Origin: Capsulimonadaceae bacterium
Lineage (GTDB): Bacteria; Armatimonadota; Armatimonadia; Armatimonadales; Capsulimonadaceae
Assembly: GCA_965277455.1 (NCBI GenBank)
Contig: OZ255823.1
Span: 2,438,250 to 2,502,249 of the forward strand
DNA: 64,000 nucleotides
Direction: 5' to 3'
A program made the translations under genes and the position numbers. Shown piece by piece: positions 16,279 through 24,413 of the stretch. The notes under the pieces are model-generated. The model was given only the letters and a program-made list of their open reading frames with translations. It did not search any database and was not told where the DNA came from. Position 1 is the first letter of the stretch; each line of letters opens with the position of its first letter.

Positions 16279-19200
16279 TTAATTGCCCGTCGGGATTTGA
16301 AGCGTCACGTCGGTATATACTCGTATCCAGTAGGCCGTCCAGGGCTGGAGTGTATCGGTGGGCGAGACCGGCTGGTAGGCCGTTCCGTCGTAGCGGTACA
16401 GCGTCGGCGAGATCAGGTGGAAGCTCGCGCCAGAGGCATCCGCGAAGCTGCGGGTGACACCGTCGCTGCCCACGAAGTTCAGACTGGAAACGGCAGTTCC
16501 CTTGATATTGGGCACGCCGATCTGGTTCCAGGCCGGATGCAGAGCGACGCTGACGATTCCAGTGGGCGTCGTGCCGGTCTGCGTCACCGCCGTCGAGTTT
16601 TTCAGGAACACCCAGTAGCCGACACCGAGGCGCGGGGCATCGGCGGGGGCGGTCGGGTCCAGCACGTAGCTGGAAGCGACGGGGTCCCACAAAGCGACGT
16701 GCGAGCGGTTGCCGGGCGTCGTGGCTGTGTTCAGCGTGCCAAACACGCCGTCGAAGCCAAGCGATGCGTAGTTGTACGGCAGGGACACGAACTGGAGACC
16801 TGCCGGGAACGTATGCACGGCGGGCAGGCCGGTGATGCCGCTGAAGTCCAGCCGGGTGAACGTGCTCGCCGTGACGGAGACCGTCTGCGGCGCGGTGGAG
16901 ACGCCGCCCCGGCTGGCGGTGACGGTGTAGGTCCCCTGAGCCAGCGTGATCGGGCCGTAGTTGAGCGTGCCGCCGTCGGGCGCGGTCACGGCAGTCGCCG
17001 TGGAAGTCGCCGTCTTGACTGCTCCGGTGCCGGAGTTGGTAACGGTGATGGTCGCGCCTGCCAGCGGGGAGGCCCCGGAGGTGGACAGGACGAGGCCGCC
17101 GAGTGTGCCGTTGGCAACAGCGCCCAGCACAAGGTCTGGGGCGACGACGGAGGTTCCGCCGACAGCCTGCACGGTGGCGACGGCATTGCCGAAGCCGGTG
17201 GCAGTGGCGGTCAGCGTGTAGCTGCCTGCCGGGACTGTCGCCGTATAGGTTCCATCCGACGCCGTGGTCGCGGTCATGGCGACCGTGGCGGGGCTGCCCG
17301 AGGTGAAGATGACCGAGGCATTGGCGATGCCAGTGCCGGAGGCATTGATGACCCGGCCTGTGACGACGCCGGTGGCGGCGCTCAGGACGAAATTCGCCGT
17401 TGACGCCGCGCTGGCGGTGATGGTGACGCTTTGGGGCGTCGATGCACCGTAGACGGGCGGGAAGCTGGCCGTGCCGCTGTACATCCCGGCGGGGATGGTC
17501 GGCAAGCTGTAGACTCCGTTGGCATTGGTCGTGGCGATCTGCGCGGTTCCGCCCCCGGCGGGGTTGAATGTGACGGTCGCCCCGGCGATCAGGTTGCCCG
17601 AGGCGTCCTTGACCGTGCCGCTCAGAGTTCCGGGCGCGGCAGGCGACAGCGTGAGGCTGGCGCTCTGCGTGGCATCGCCTTCGACGGTGAACGTGTTGGT
17701 CGTGTTGGACGTGGTCCGTGCGAAGCCGTTTTTGTAGGCCGCGACGGTGTAGGTTCCGGGTTCTACGCCGGTGATGGTATAGTTGCCGGTCGAGTCCGAC
17801 GTGGCGCTGAAGGTGCCGCGTCCGGGGATGGTGGTCCCGTTGGAGGACACAAGATAGACAGTCGCACCGCCGATGCCTGCGCCGGAGCTGCCGTTGCCGG
17901 AGGTGGAGCGGATGGTTCCGCTGACGGTTCCGGTCCGCAGGTAGCAGACGATGTTGTGCATCATATTCTGGCGCTGATTGTGCGGGAAGTAGAACCGTGT
18001 CGCCGGGTTGCCGATATCACGCGAGTAGTAGTCGGTCGAGATGCCCTCAAAGCCGAAGGAGGCGTAGACGACTTTTGCGCCTGTGCCGCCGGTGGCGGTG
18101 TCAGAGTAGTAAACCAGTCCGTTGCCGCCCGGCGAGTTAGCCGCACCGGGGTCGCCAATGGTGTTGCTTCCATAGACATTGTTGAACGGGTTCAGCACGA
18201 GGTCTGTGTGGGAGCTGGTTTTGGACGCTGCGATGGTGTCGATCTGGCTGACGACCGAGTTGCCCTGGCCGCCGCTGTTGGAGACGCCGAATGGAGTCGC
18301 ATACGGCCCGAGCTGATCGAGAGAGCCGTCGGTGCGCCAGAACGGAACCTGATCTTTGTGGAAGTAGGTGTCTCCAAAGACGTTGCCACCGATGTTGTTG
18401 CTGATCGTGATCGGATTTTGGAAGGGAGCAACGAAATCCTGACCATTGGCTGTATTGACCTGGAAGAAGTTCATCCGGGCCTGCCCGTCGAAGAAGGCGA
18501 CGTTGGAAATCCGGTTGTTTGCGGCGTCGCCGCCGCCGGTGGCATTGTGCGTGCCCTTGTTTCCAGTGACCAGAGTGGCCCCGAGGACATCTGAGAGGAA
18601 GCCTCCTGCCGCGTTGCCCGTGGTTCCGTTCTGCGTGATGGATGAGCCGACATCCTGGCCGGTCATAAACAGGCGTCCCCCTGCTTTGACGAAGGTGCGG
18701 AGCGAGGTCTGCGTGGCGGGGTCGGTGATGGTTCCCGGTCCGACAAGCAGGTCCCCGGCGAAGGGGGCGCTCCAGACGATGCAGCGAGGGGCAACTGTTA
18801 CCGCCGGTGCAGCAGGGAATGTGACGGCGGGCGTGACAGTGCTGTCCGAGACGGCGGGCTGCGGCGTGGTGGTCGGCTCGTAGCTCTGGAACAGCGAGTC
18901 AGGGACAGGGCCGCGTGACAGGGTGCGCCAGATGCTGTACCGCTGCGATTTGACTGCTGGGACACCGTCAACGGTCTGACCGTCGTCGATGTTGGCATCC
19001 GCGTAGGAGCCGACGCCGAGGCCATTGAGCTGGCTTGTTACTCCATAGCCCGATGCGCTCACGCCATCGCTGTCGTTGAGGGTAGCGAGCTGCACCGCCA
19101 GGGTGATCGGGAACTTGCGTCCGGCGATGACCCGTGACACATAGGTTGTGTTCGGCATCAGGCTGATGTCGATGTCGGTCAGATAGGACTCGGCCCCGTA

Positions 19201-22200
19201 GAACTTGGGAACGAGGTTGACCAGGCTGTTCTGGCCGCCGAACGTCGTGCCGGCGAACTTCTGGCCCAGGGCATAGTCGCTCACGAACAGAATGTCGTTC
19301 GTGCCGATGTCGCGCAGGGTGCTGAAGCCCCAGACGTTGTCGTAGATGCGGAAGTTGGAGCGCTCGCCGGAGAAAGGGGACGTGCCGCCCGCGAAATTCG
19401 GGAACACGGCCTTGTCATAAGCGATGACGTCCAGGTAGAAGTCGCTGCCCGAGGCAGGCGGGGTCCAGGTGACAGAATACAGAAGGCCGCCGCCGCCGTC
19501 CTGCTGGGCAGCAGGCAGGCGGGTGAGCTTGAGCCACTCGGCGGGGCGGAACACGGGGGTCGTGACCAAGATGCCTTTAGTGGTCGTGGTGGTGACGTTC
19601 GTGGTCGAGTTCACGGTCGGGCGCGGCGGGTGACCGTTGCCGAACGTGGACTGTGTGAGCGTTTGCGACTGGTCATTCACCTTCGTTCCGGGAATGAGCG
19701 TCACATCGTTGAGCGGTGTCGAGCCGCGCTCGTTGACGCTTGCGGTCTGAACGTTTGTGCCGTATCCAGGCAGCGTGGTCGTGACCCGGTACTGACCGGG
19801 GGCGAGGGTCACCGTGAAGTTGTTTCCATTGGCATCCGGTGTGGCGGAAGAGATGAGCGGCGAGGGCGTGGTTGCCACAGTGGCACCGGTGAAATAGTCG
19901 GTGATGGTGATGGTCGCACCGCCGACGGGATCGCTCCCACTTTTATCGGCTCTCTGAGCAGAGATCGTGCCGGTCAGGGTACCGGCGGCGGGGAAGCCGC
20001 TGAAGGCCCGCTGGTCGTCCACACCGGCCAGATAGTAGGGGTTGGTGTAGTCGGCTGGCGACGCATCGGTGACAGTCCCATTGGGGTTGTTGGCGTAGTC
20101 GGGGTTAAGCGCCTGTGCCTCATATTCCTGCCCGGAGGGGACGAAGAACTTGGGATCGAAGCCCTGCGGGATGTTCGGGTTGCCTTTGGCGTCCACCAGA
20201 GGCTTGCCGTTGTCGTCGGTAGTGATCGGGTTCTTGCTGTTCTGGTTGGCAACCGGGGTGATGCCGACGGAGATGGACTCGCCGCCTGTGTCGACCCCGG
20301 CAACCGCGCCCCGCTGTGCTTGGGGGCCGCCAAGATCATTGGTGAAGTAGTTGTACCCGGACGCATTCAGGCCGCCGTTGTAGAGCAGGCTGGAAGAGCC
20401 GCTGTCGGGGTTGTTCCGGTTCGGATTGTTGCCCTGAGTGGCGTAAGAGGGGTCATGCGTGAAGACTTTATGCTCCAGCCGCAGGGCATCCTGGTACTTG
20501 GAGTCAGGGTCTTTGATCTGAACATAGACGTTGTTGTCGTCTACGCCTGCTTCCCGGTCGCTCAGCCGGACGGTCATGGTCATGGGACGACCGCCTGTAA
20601 GGTTAGCCCGTGACTGCACGCCGTTCTGGTCAGCGATGTGGACGACTTCGCTGCCGCTGTAGGGCACGAGCGTCGGCGGGTCGAGGTTCAGCACCTGCGA
20701 CTCGAAGATGCCGGTGTAGTTCGCGCCGACAACGCCGCCGCCACCGAGCGGCTGGCCCTGGGGAACGGAAATGGCCGTCTCAGAGGGCCGGTTCGTGACC
20801 GGACTGTTGTAGGTGACGCTGCGGTTGGATGAATAGGCGATGCTGAACAGGGTCAGGCCGGGTGCCCATGTCGGGTACGCATCTTCGTACTGGCCGCCGA
20901 CCGAGGCCACCGCGTTATCGTCGGTGTTGAGCTTGACGGCACCGTTGTTTCCGGTCCCGTCTGTCTGAGCGCCTTCGGGGGTCAGCGTCTCGTTATAGAC
21001 GGCAGTGACCTGGTAGTAATATTCGACGCCGTTCGTGACCTGCGTGTCCGTGATGAACGTATTTTGCACGTTGGTCAGGAACGGCACATTGCCTTCCTGG
21101 CCGGACCCTTGAACGGTGCGGTAGATGTTGTAGTAGGACGGCGTGCCGTTCTGCGAGAAGAAATTCAAATTGACAGCGCCGTCGCTGCCGGTGACACTGT
21201 TCAGGATCGGCGCGATGCTGTTCTGATTGAAACCGTTCTGGAAGTAGCCGTTTGCACCCAGACCGCTGCTATCGGAAGCGTTCGGGCTGGACAGGATTTC
21301 GATGCCCTGGGCAATCGGGGGGTCACCGCCGTTTGCCTGGGGGGCAAAAGCGACGTTGATGTTTCCATTGAAATCGCTGAAAGTCTGGATGTCCACCACG
21401 ACGGCGGTGTTCTGGCCGACGACGGCGGCCTGGCTGACCAGCGGAGCATCCTGGCGCACGAAGGCGTTGGCGGGCGGCCCGGCGGTGTTGACGACGGTAA
21501 CAGGCTGCGGCTGCGAGGTGAAGCCGGGCGCGATGAACTGAACGGTATAGGCCCCGGTCGGGAGGCGAGCCAGGTAGTTCAGCGGCTTGGCGTCGCCGTT
21601 AGGAGCAGCGGGCGAGGACGTCGCTGTGGTGGTGCGCGTCAGGGCAACAACGGCAGCGCCCTGCTGCACTTCCACGAGCACGCCGCCGAGGGGCTGGGCG
21701 GAGACGGAGTTCGTGACAAGCCCGCCGAGGGTTCCGACGGCGGCTCCCGCTTGCAGAACGAAGTTCGTCGTGGTCGCTGCGCCAGCGGTGATGTTGACAA
21801 CCTGTGTCAGAGTCTGGTAATTGCCAGTCGGCTCTGCCGTGACGTAGTAGGAGCCGACGGGGAGGGTCAGGGAGTAGTTCCCGCCAGCAACAGTGGCAAA
21901 CGGGCCGGGGATATTCGCGCCAGGCGTTCCATTGGGTCCGACGGCAATCACGGTCAGTGGGATGTTAGAAAGCGGCGTGCCATTGGAAGACACCGTGCCC
22001 GTGGCGGTTCCGGTGGCCTGGGTCAGCGCGAAGTCCGCACGGACGACCGCGCCGCTGCTGACATTGAGCGTCCGGGACTGCGCCGGGTAGCCGGTCGCGG
22101 TTACGGTGATGGTGTACAGGCCCTGCGGAAGCTGCGTGTCGTAGTTGACGTTCGCGCCGCCGTTGGGGTCCGGGGTAGTCGGAGTGGTCGTCGTGAGCGG

Positions 22201-24162
22201 GTCGGGCGTCGTGGTGACGGCCTGCCCGGCCGAGTCGGTGATAGTGATTGTCGCTCCGGCCAGAGGAGTGTTGGTGGCGGAGTCGGTGACGACGCCGTCG
22301 AGGCGTCCCGGCGAGGTCTGCGCGATCTGAACGATATCAATGGGTATCGTATTCCCATTGGCATTGACAGTAAACAGACGCTTGCCGACGGCGGTGTTTT
22401 TGTTGTCGGACAGGTGCAGGCGCACAGTGTACTCGACGTCCGGCGTCAGGTTGGAGAACGCATAGTTGAAGGTGCCGTTGCGGTCGGTGTTGTAGATCGC
22501 AGGCGGGGCGGTCGGGTCGGTGACGGTGTTGGTGGCGACCGCCGGGGTGATGGTCTCCGCCGTGCCGCCGTTTGCGACGACGCCCGCTGTGGTGGCGTCC
22601 GAGGTGAACGTGTTCGCGCCATTCGAGACGGTCGGACCGCCCGCGTTGACCCGGTAAACCGGCGTGCTGGCGGCCAGGGGAGTGGTGGCGGCTTCATTGG
22701 AGCGGCCGGTCTCGCCGCTTGCATCCACGTTTCGCAGGACCTGAAGGTAATAAATGTCATGCGCGGAGGCGGGCGAGGAGCCGCGTGAGAAGGCCAGATA
22801 CTCTGCGCCCGGCGCGGGATTCAGGTAGGCATTGCGGTTCAGCGACGACCAGGCGGGGCCGTAGTTGTCGGTTCCGGCGGTCGTCAGCGGCTTGCCCGCA
22901 AGAGTGATGCTGCCGAAGGCATTGCTGCGTGCGCCGCCGCCAAGCAGGAACAGGCTGCGGTTGCTCCGGGGAGTGGCGGTCAGGGTCAAGGTCTGGTCGA
23001 GCCGTCCGCCGGGCTGCTGCCCGGTCTGGCTGATGGTGGTGGCAGTGGACGAGAACGCGATAAACTGGGCATCTGCCGAGTAGGCCGGGTCGGTGTCGTC
23101 GGCGGGGCCATCAGTGATTTTGGCAGGCAGGGACGGGTTGGACGGGTCCGAGCCGCCGGTTCCAGTGTACAGGTAGTACAGGTGGAAATGGCCGTTATAG
23201 GCGGTGTTGGAGCCGCCCGTGGTGAGTGCTGCGAAGACGATCTCATCGGGCCGTCCGGCAAAGGCGGGGCGTCCGACCTGCGAGAAGCCGGTTCCGCCTG
23301 CGCCGACCGCGAAGCCATCGTTACGGACGGTCAGCGAGGACGGGCCGTTTGCGGTGGTGTCGGAGACGTTCACCGTGGTCGGGCTGAACTGGATGCGGTA
23401 CAGGTTCTGGGTTCCGGGCGTCTGCGCGTCGGAGGTGAATGCGAGGTACTGGTTGTTGCCGCCACTGAGGGCCGGGAAGAACTCGCCTTTCATCGTGCCG
23501 GGGGCAGTTCCGCCAGCGCTCAGCCCGGTGCTGCTGGTGAGCTGAACCGCTGCGCCGCCATTGACGGGGATGGCCCAGATATGGAAGCGGCCATCAGCCT
23601 GAATGCCGCCGTTGATGGTCCGGTTGGAGGAAAAGACGATCATCGTCTCGTCCGCCGTCCAAACTGGGTTCAGGTTAGTCGCGGTCAGCGAAGCAAGCTG
23701 CCCGGTCGGGGGCGCAAACGCAGGCGCGGGGTTGTTGACGTCAAACGTCTGCACCGCTTCGTTGACCAGCGGCGTGCCGGCGGCGGCGCTGGGGCGCAGG
23801 AGAGCGCCGGAAAGTCGGCGCACGGCGGCCTGCTGCGCCGCGTTCTGGCCGGTCAGCGAGGGCCGGTCATAGATATAGCGGCCATCGCTGCCCCGGCGCG
23901 GGCCGGAGGTGGCTTTGACGGTGGCAGGAAAAGCCACCCGGACGGCAGACAGGGCCAGCGCCTGCCCCAGCCCATGATGGATGGGTGCGGGCGACGCGCC
24001 GAGCAGACCTGCGGCCAGAGCCACAGTCGCCGCCGCAGCGGTGCCGGTCAGGGCGGGCTTGACGGTGCTGGACTTAAAGGCGCTGGACTTAAAGGCGCTG
24101 GATTTGAAGGCGCGGAAAGAAGACAGGGCGGCACGCAAAGATAGGGGACGTAGTGCTTTCAA
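16279..24162 (-). CDS. Giant secreted multidomain protein B (2,627 aa): PD40 propeller, malectin-like domain, CarboxypepD_reg-like repeats, Fn3-like domain, unnamed ~1,000-aa core, conserved C-terminal module
   Basis: TTG start (24160-24162) with GAGAGG 10 nt upstream. Hydrophobic leader TAAAATVALAAGLLGA. PD40 repeats: VWTADETMIVFSSNR, DGPADDTDPAYSADAQFIAFSS. Malectin-like segment YRVNAGGPTV...FNYAFSNLTPDVEYTVRLHLSD...GKRLFTVNANG. About 8 repeats of the type GTLSGTVKDASGNLIAGATVTF...NGVYSL..IPAGMY. It is a paralogue of 24414..32195. Confidence 0.75.
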   Translation of the reverse strand: MKALRPLSLRAALSSFRAFKSSAFKSSAFKSSTVKPALTGTAAAATVALAAGLLGASPAPIHHGLGQALALSAVRVAFPATVKATSGPRRGSDGRYIYDRPSLTGQNAAQQAAVRRLSGALLRPSAAAGTPLVNEAVQTFDVNNPAPAFAPPTGQLASLTATNLNPVWTADETMIVFSSNRTINGGIQADGRFHIWAIPVNGGAAVQLTSSTGLSAGGTAPGTMKGEFFPALSGGNNQYLAFTSDAQTPGTQNLYRIQFSPTTVNVSDTTANGPSSLTVRNDGFAVGAGGTGFSQVGRPAFAGRPDEIVFAALTTGGSNTAYNGHFHLYYLYTGTGGSDPSNPSLPAKITDGPADDTDPAYSADAQFIAFSSTATTISQTGQQPGGRLDQTLTLTATPRSNRSLFLLGGGARSNAFGSITLAGKPLTTAGTDNYGPAWSSLNRNAYLNPAPGAEYLAFSRGSSPASAHDIYYLQVLRNVDASGETGRSNEAATTPLAASTPVYRVNAGGPTVSNGANTFTSDATTAGVVANGGTAETITPAVATNTVTDPTAPPAIYNTDRNGTFNYAFSNLTPDVEYTVRLHLSDNKNTAVGKRLFTVNANGNTIPIDIVQIAQTSPGRLDGVVTDSATNTPLAGATITITDSAGQAVTTTPDPLTTTTPTTPDPNGGANVNYDTQLPQGLYTITVTATGYPAQSRTLNVSSGAVVRADFALTQATGTATGTVSSNGTPLSNIPLTVIAVGPNGTPGANIPGPFATVAGGNYSLTLPVGSYYVTAEPTGNYQTLTQVVNITAGAATTTNFVLQAGAAVGTLGGLVTNSVSAQPLGGVLVEVQQGAAVVALTRTTTATSSPAAPNGDAKPLNYLARLPTGAYTVQFIAPGFTSQPQPVTVVNTAGPPANAFVRQDAPLVSQAAVVGQNTAVVVDIQTFSDFNGNINVAFAPQANGGDPPIAQGIEILSSPNASDSSGLGANGYFQNGFNQNSIAPILNSVTGSDGAVNLNFFSQNGTPSYYNIYRTVQGSGQEGNVPFLTNVQNTFITDTQVTNGVEYYYQVTAVYNETLTPEGAQTDGTGNNGAVKLNTDDNAVASVGGQYEDAYPTWAPGLTLFSIAYSSNRSVTYNSPVTNRPSETAISVPQGQPLGGGGVVGANYTGIFESQVLNLDPPTLVPYSGSEVVHIADQNGVQSRANLTGGRPMTMTVRLSDREAGVDDNNVYVQIKDPDSKYQDALRLEHKVFTHDPSYATQGNNPNRNNPDSGSSSLLYNGGLNASGYNYFTNDLGGPQAQRGAVAGVDTGGESISVGITPVANQNSKNPITTDDNGKPLVDAKGNPNIPQGFDPKFFVPSGQEYEAQALNPDYANNPNGTVTDASPADYTNPYYLAGVDDQRAFSGFPAAGTLTGTISAQRADKSGSDPVGGATITITDYFTGATVATTPSPLISSATPDANGNNFTVTLAPGQYRVTTTLPGYGTNVQTASVNERGSTPLNDVTLIPGTKVNDQSQTLTQSTFGNGHPPRPTVNSTTNVTTTTTKGILVTTPVFRPAEWLKLTRLPAAQQDGGGGLLYSVTWTPPASGSDFYLDVIAYDKAVFPNFAGGTSPFSGERSNFRIYDNVWGFSTLRDIGTNDILFVSDYALGQKFAGTTFGGQNSLVNLVPKFYGAESYLTDIDISLMPNTTYVSRVIAGRKFPITLAVQLATLNDSDGVSASGYGVTSQLNGLGVGSYADANIDDGQTVDGVPAVKSQRYSIWRTLSRGPVPDSLFQSYEPTTTPQPAVSDSTVTPAVTFPAAPAVTVAPRCIVWSAPFAGDLLVGPGTITDPATQTSLRTFVKAGGRLFMTGQDVGSSITQNGTTGNAAGGFLSDVLGATLVTGNKGTHNATGGGDAANNRISNVAFFDGQARMNFFQVNTANGQDFVAPFQNPITISNNIGGNVFGDTYFHKDQVPFWRTDGSLDQLGPYATPFGVSNSGGQGNSVVSQIDTIAASKTSSHTDLVLNPFNNVYGSNTIGDPGAANSPGGNGLVYYSDTATGGTGAKVVYASFGFEGISTDYYSRDIGNPATRFYFPHNQRQNMMHNIVCYLRTGTVSGTIRSTSGNGSSGAGIGGATVYLVSSNGTTIPGRGTFSATSDSTGNYTITGVEPGTYTVAAYKNGFARTTSNTTNTFTVEGDATQSASLTLSPAAPGTLSGTVKDASGNLIAGATVTFNPAGGGTAQIATTNANGVYSLPTIPAGMYSGTASFPPVYGASTPQSVTITASAASTANFVLSAATGVVTGRVINASGTGIANASVIFTSGSPATVAMTATTASDGTYTATVPAGSYTLTATATGFGNAVATVQAVGGTSVVAPDLVLGAVANGTLGGLVLSTSGASPLAGATITVTNSGTGAVKTATSTATAVTAPDGGTLNYGPITLAQGTYTVTASRGGVSTAPQTVSVTASTFTRLDFSGITGLPAVHTFPAGLQFVSLPYNYASLGFDGVFGTLNTATTPGNRSHVALWDPVASSYVLDPTAPADAPRLGVGYWVFLKNSTAVTQTGTTPTGIVSVALHPAWNQIGVPNIKGTAVSSLNFVGSDGVTRSFADASGASFHLISPTLYRYDGTAYQPVSPTDTLQPWTAYWIRVYTDVTLQIPTGN
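24064..24123 (-). repeat. 15-bp tandem repeat encoding (AFKSS)3 in the leader of giant B
   Basis: Plus strand GGTGCTGGACTTAAAGGCGCTGGACTTAAAGGCGCTGGATTTGAAGGCGCGG. Protein SSFRAFKSSAFKSSAFKSST. Confidence 0.85.
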
Positions 24163-24301
24163 GCGGATTGAACCTCTCGGATTGGGGACACCCGGCCCGG
24201 ACGAAACTGTCCGAACGGGCGGCAGGAGATCATTCGATGATGCGGCGTGGTCACAGAACTAGAAAATAGACAAATCGGTGGGACGATGTCCCGGCTTGAC
24301 G

Positions 24302-24330
24302 ATTATAACATAGCGCTGGTTTTTACGCAA
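24302..24330 (-). promoter_or_regulatory. Sigma70-type promoter of giant B
   Basis: On the minus strand: TTGCGT, 17-nt spacer, TATAAT (ATTATA at 24302-24307, ACGCAA at 24325-24330). Flanking bases resemble the giant A promoter (GATTATAACA.AGC). Predicted leader about 130 nt. Confidence 0.55.
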
Positions 24331-24344
24331 GCGGTTTTTTCGTG

Positions 24345-24408
24345 AAAAAGAAAAAAGGGGACAAAACGGCGGAAGCGAAGGTCGCTTCCGCCGTTTTTGG
24401 CTGTCCCC
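24345..24408 (-). terminator. Intrinsic terminator after giant A
   Basis: Minus strand GGGGACA..AAAACGGCGGAAGCGA-loop-TCGCTTCCGCCGTTTTGTCCCC, followed by TTTTTTCTTTTT. Confidence 0.8.
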
Positions 24409-24413
24409 TCGGG

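Noticed and set aside
13914-16457. 847-aa plus-strand ORF antisense to the 757-aa envelope gene
   Set aside because: It is a shadow ORF typical of GC-rich DNA. Its poly-Val/Ile runs are simply the complement of the Asn/Thr tracts. It has no signal, motif or SD, and the minus-strand gene has clear domain structure.
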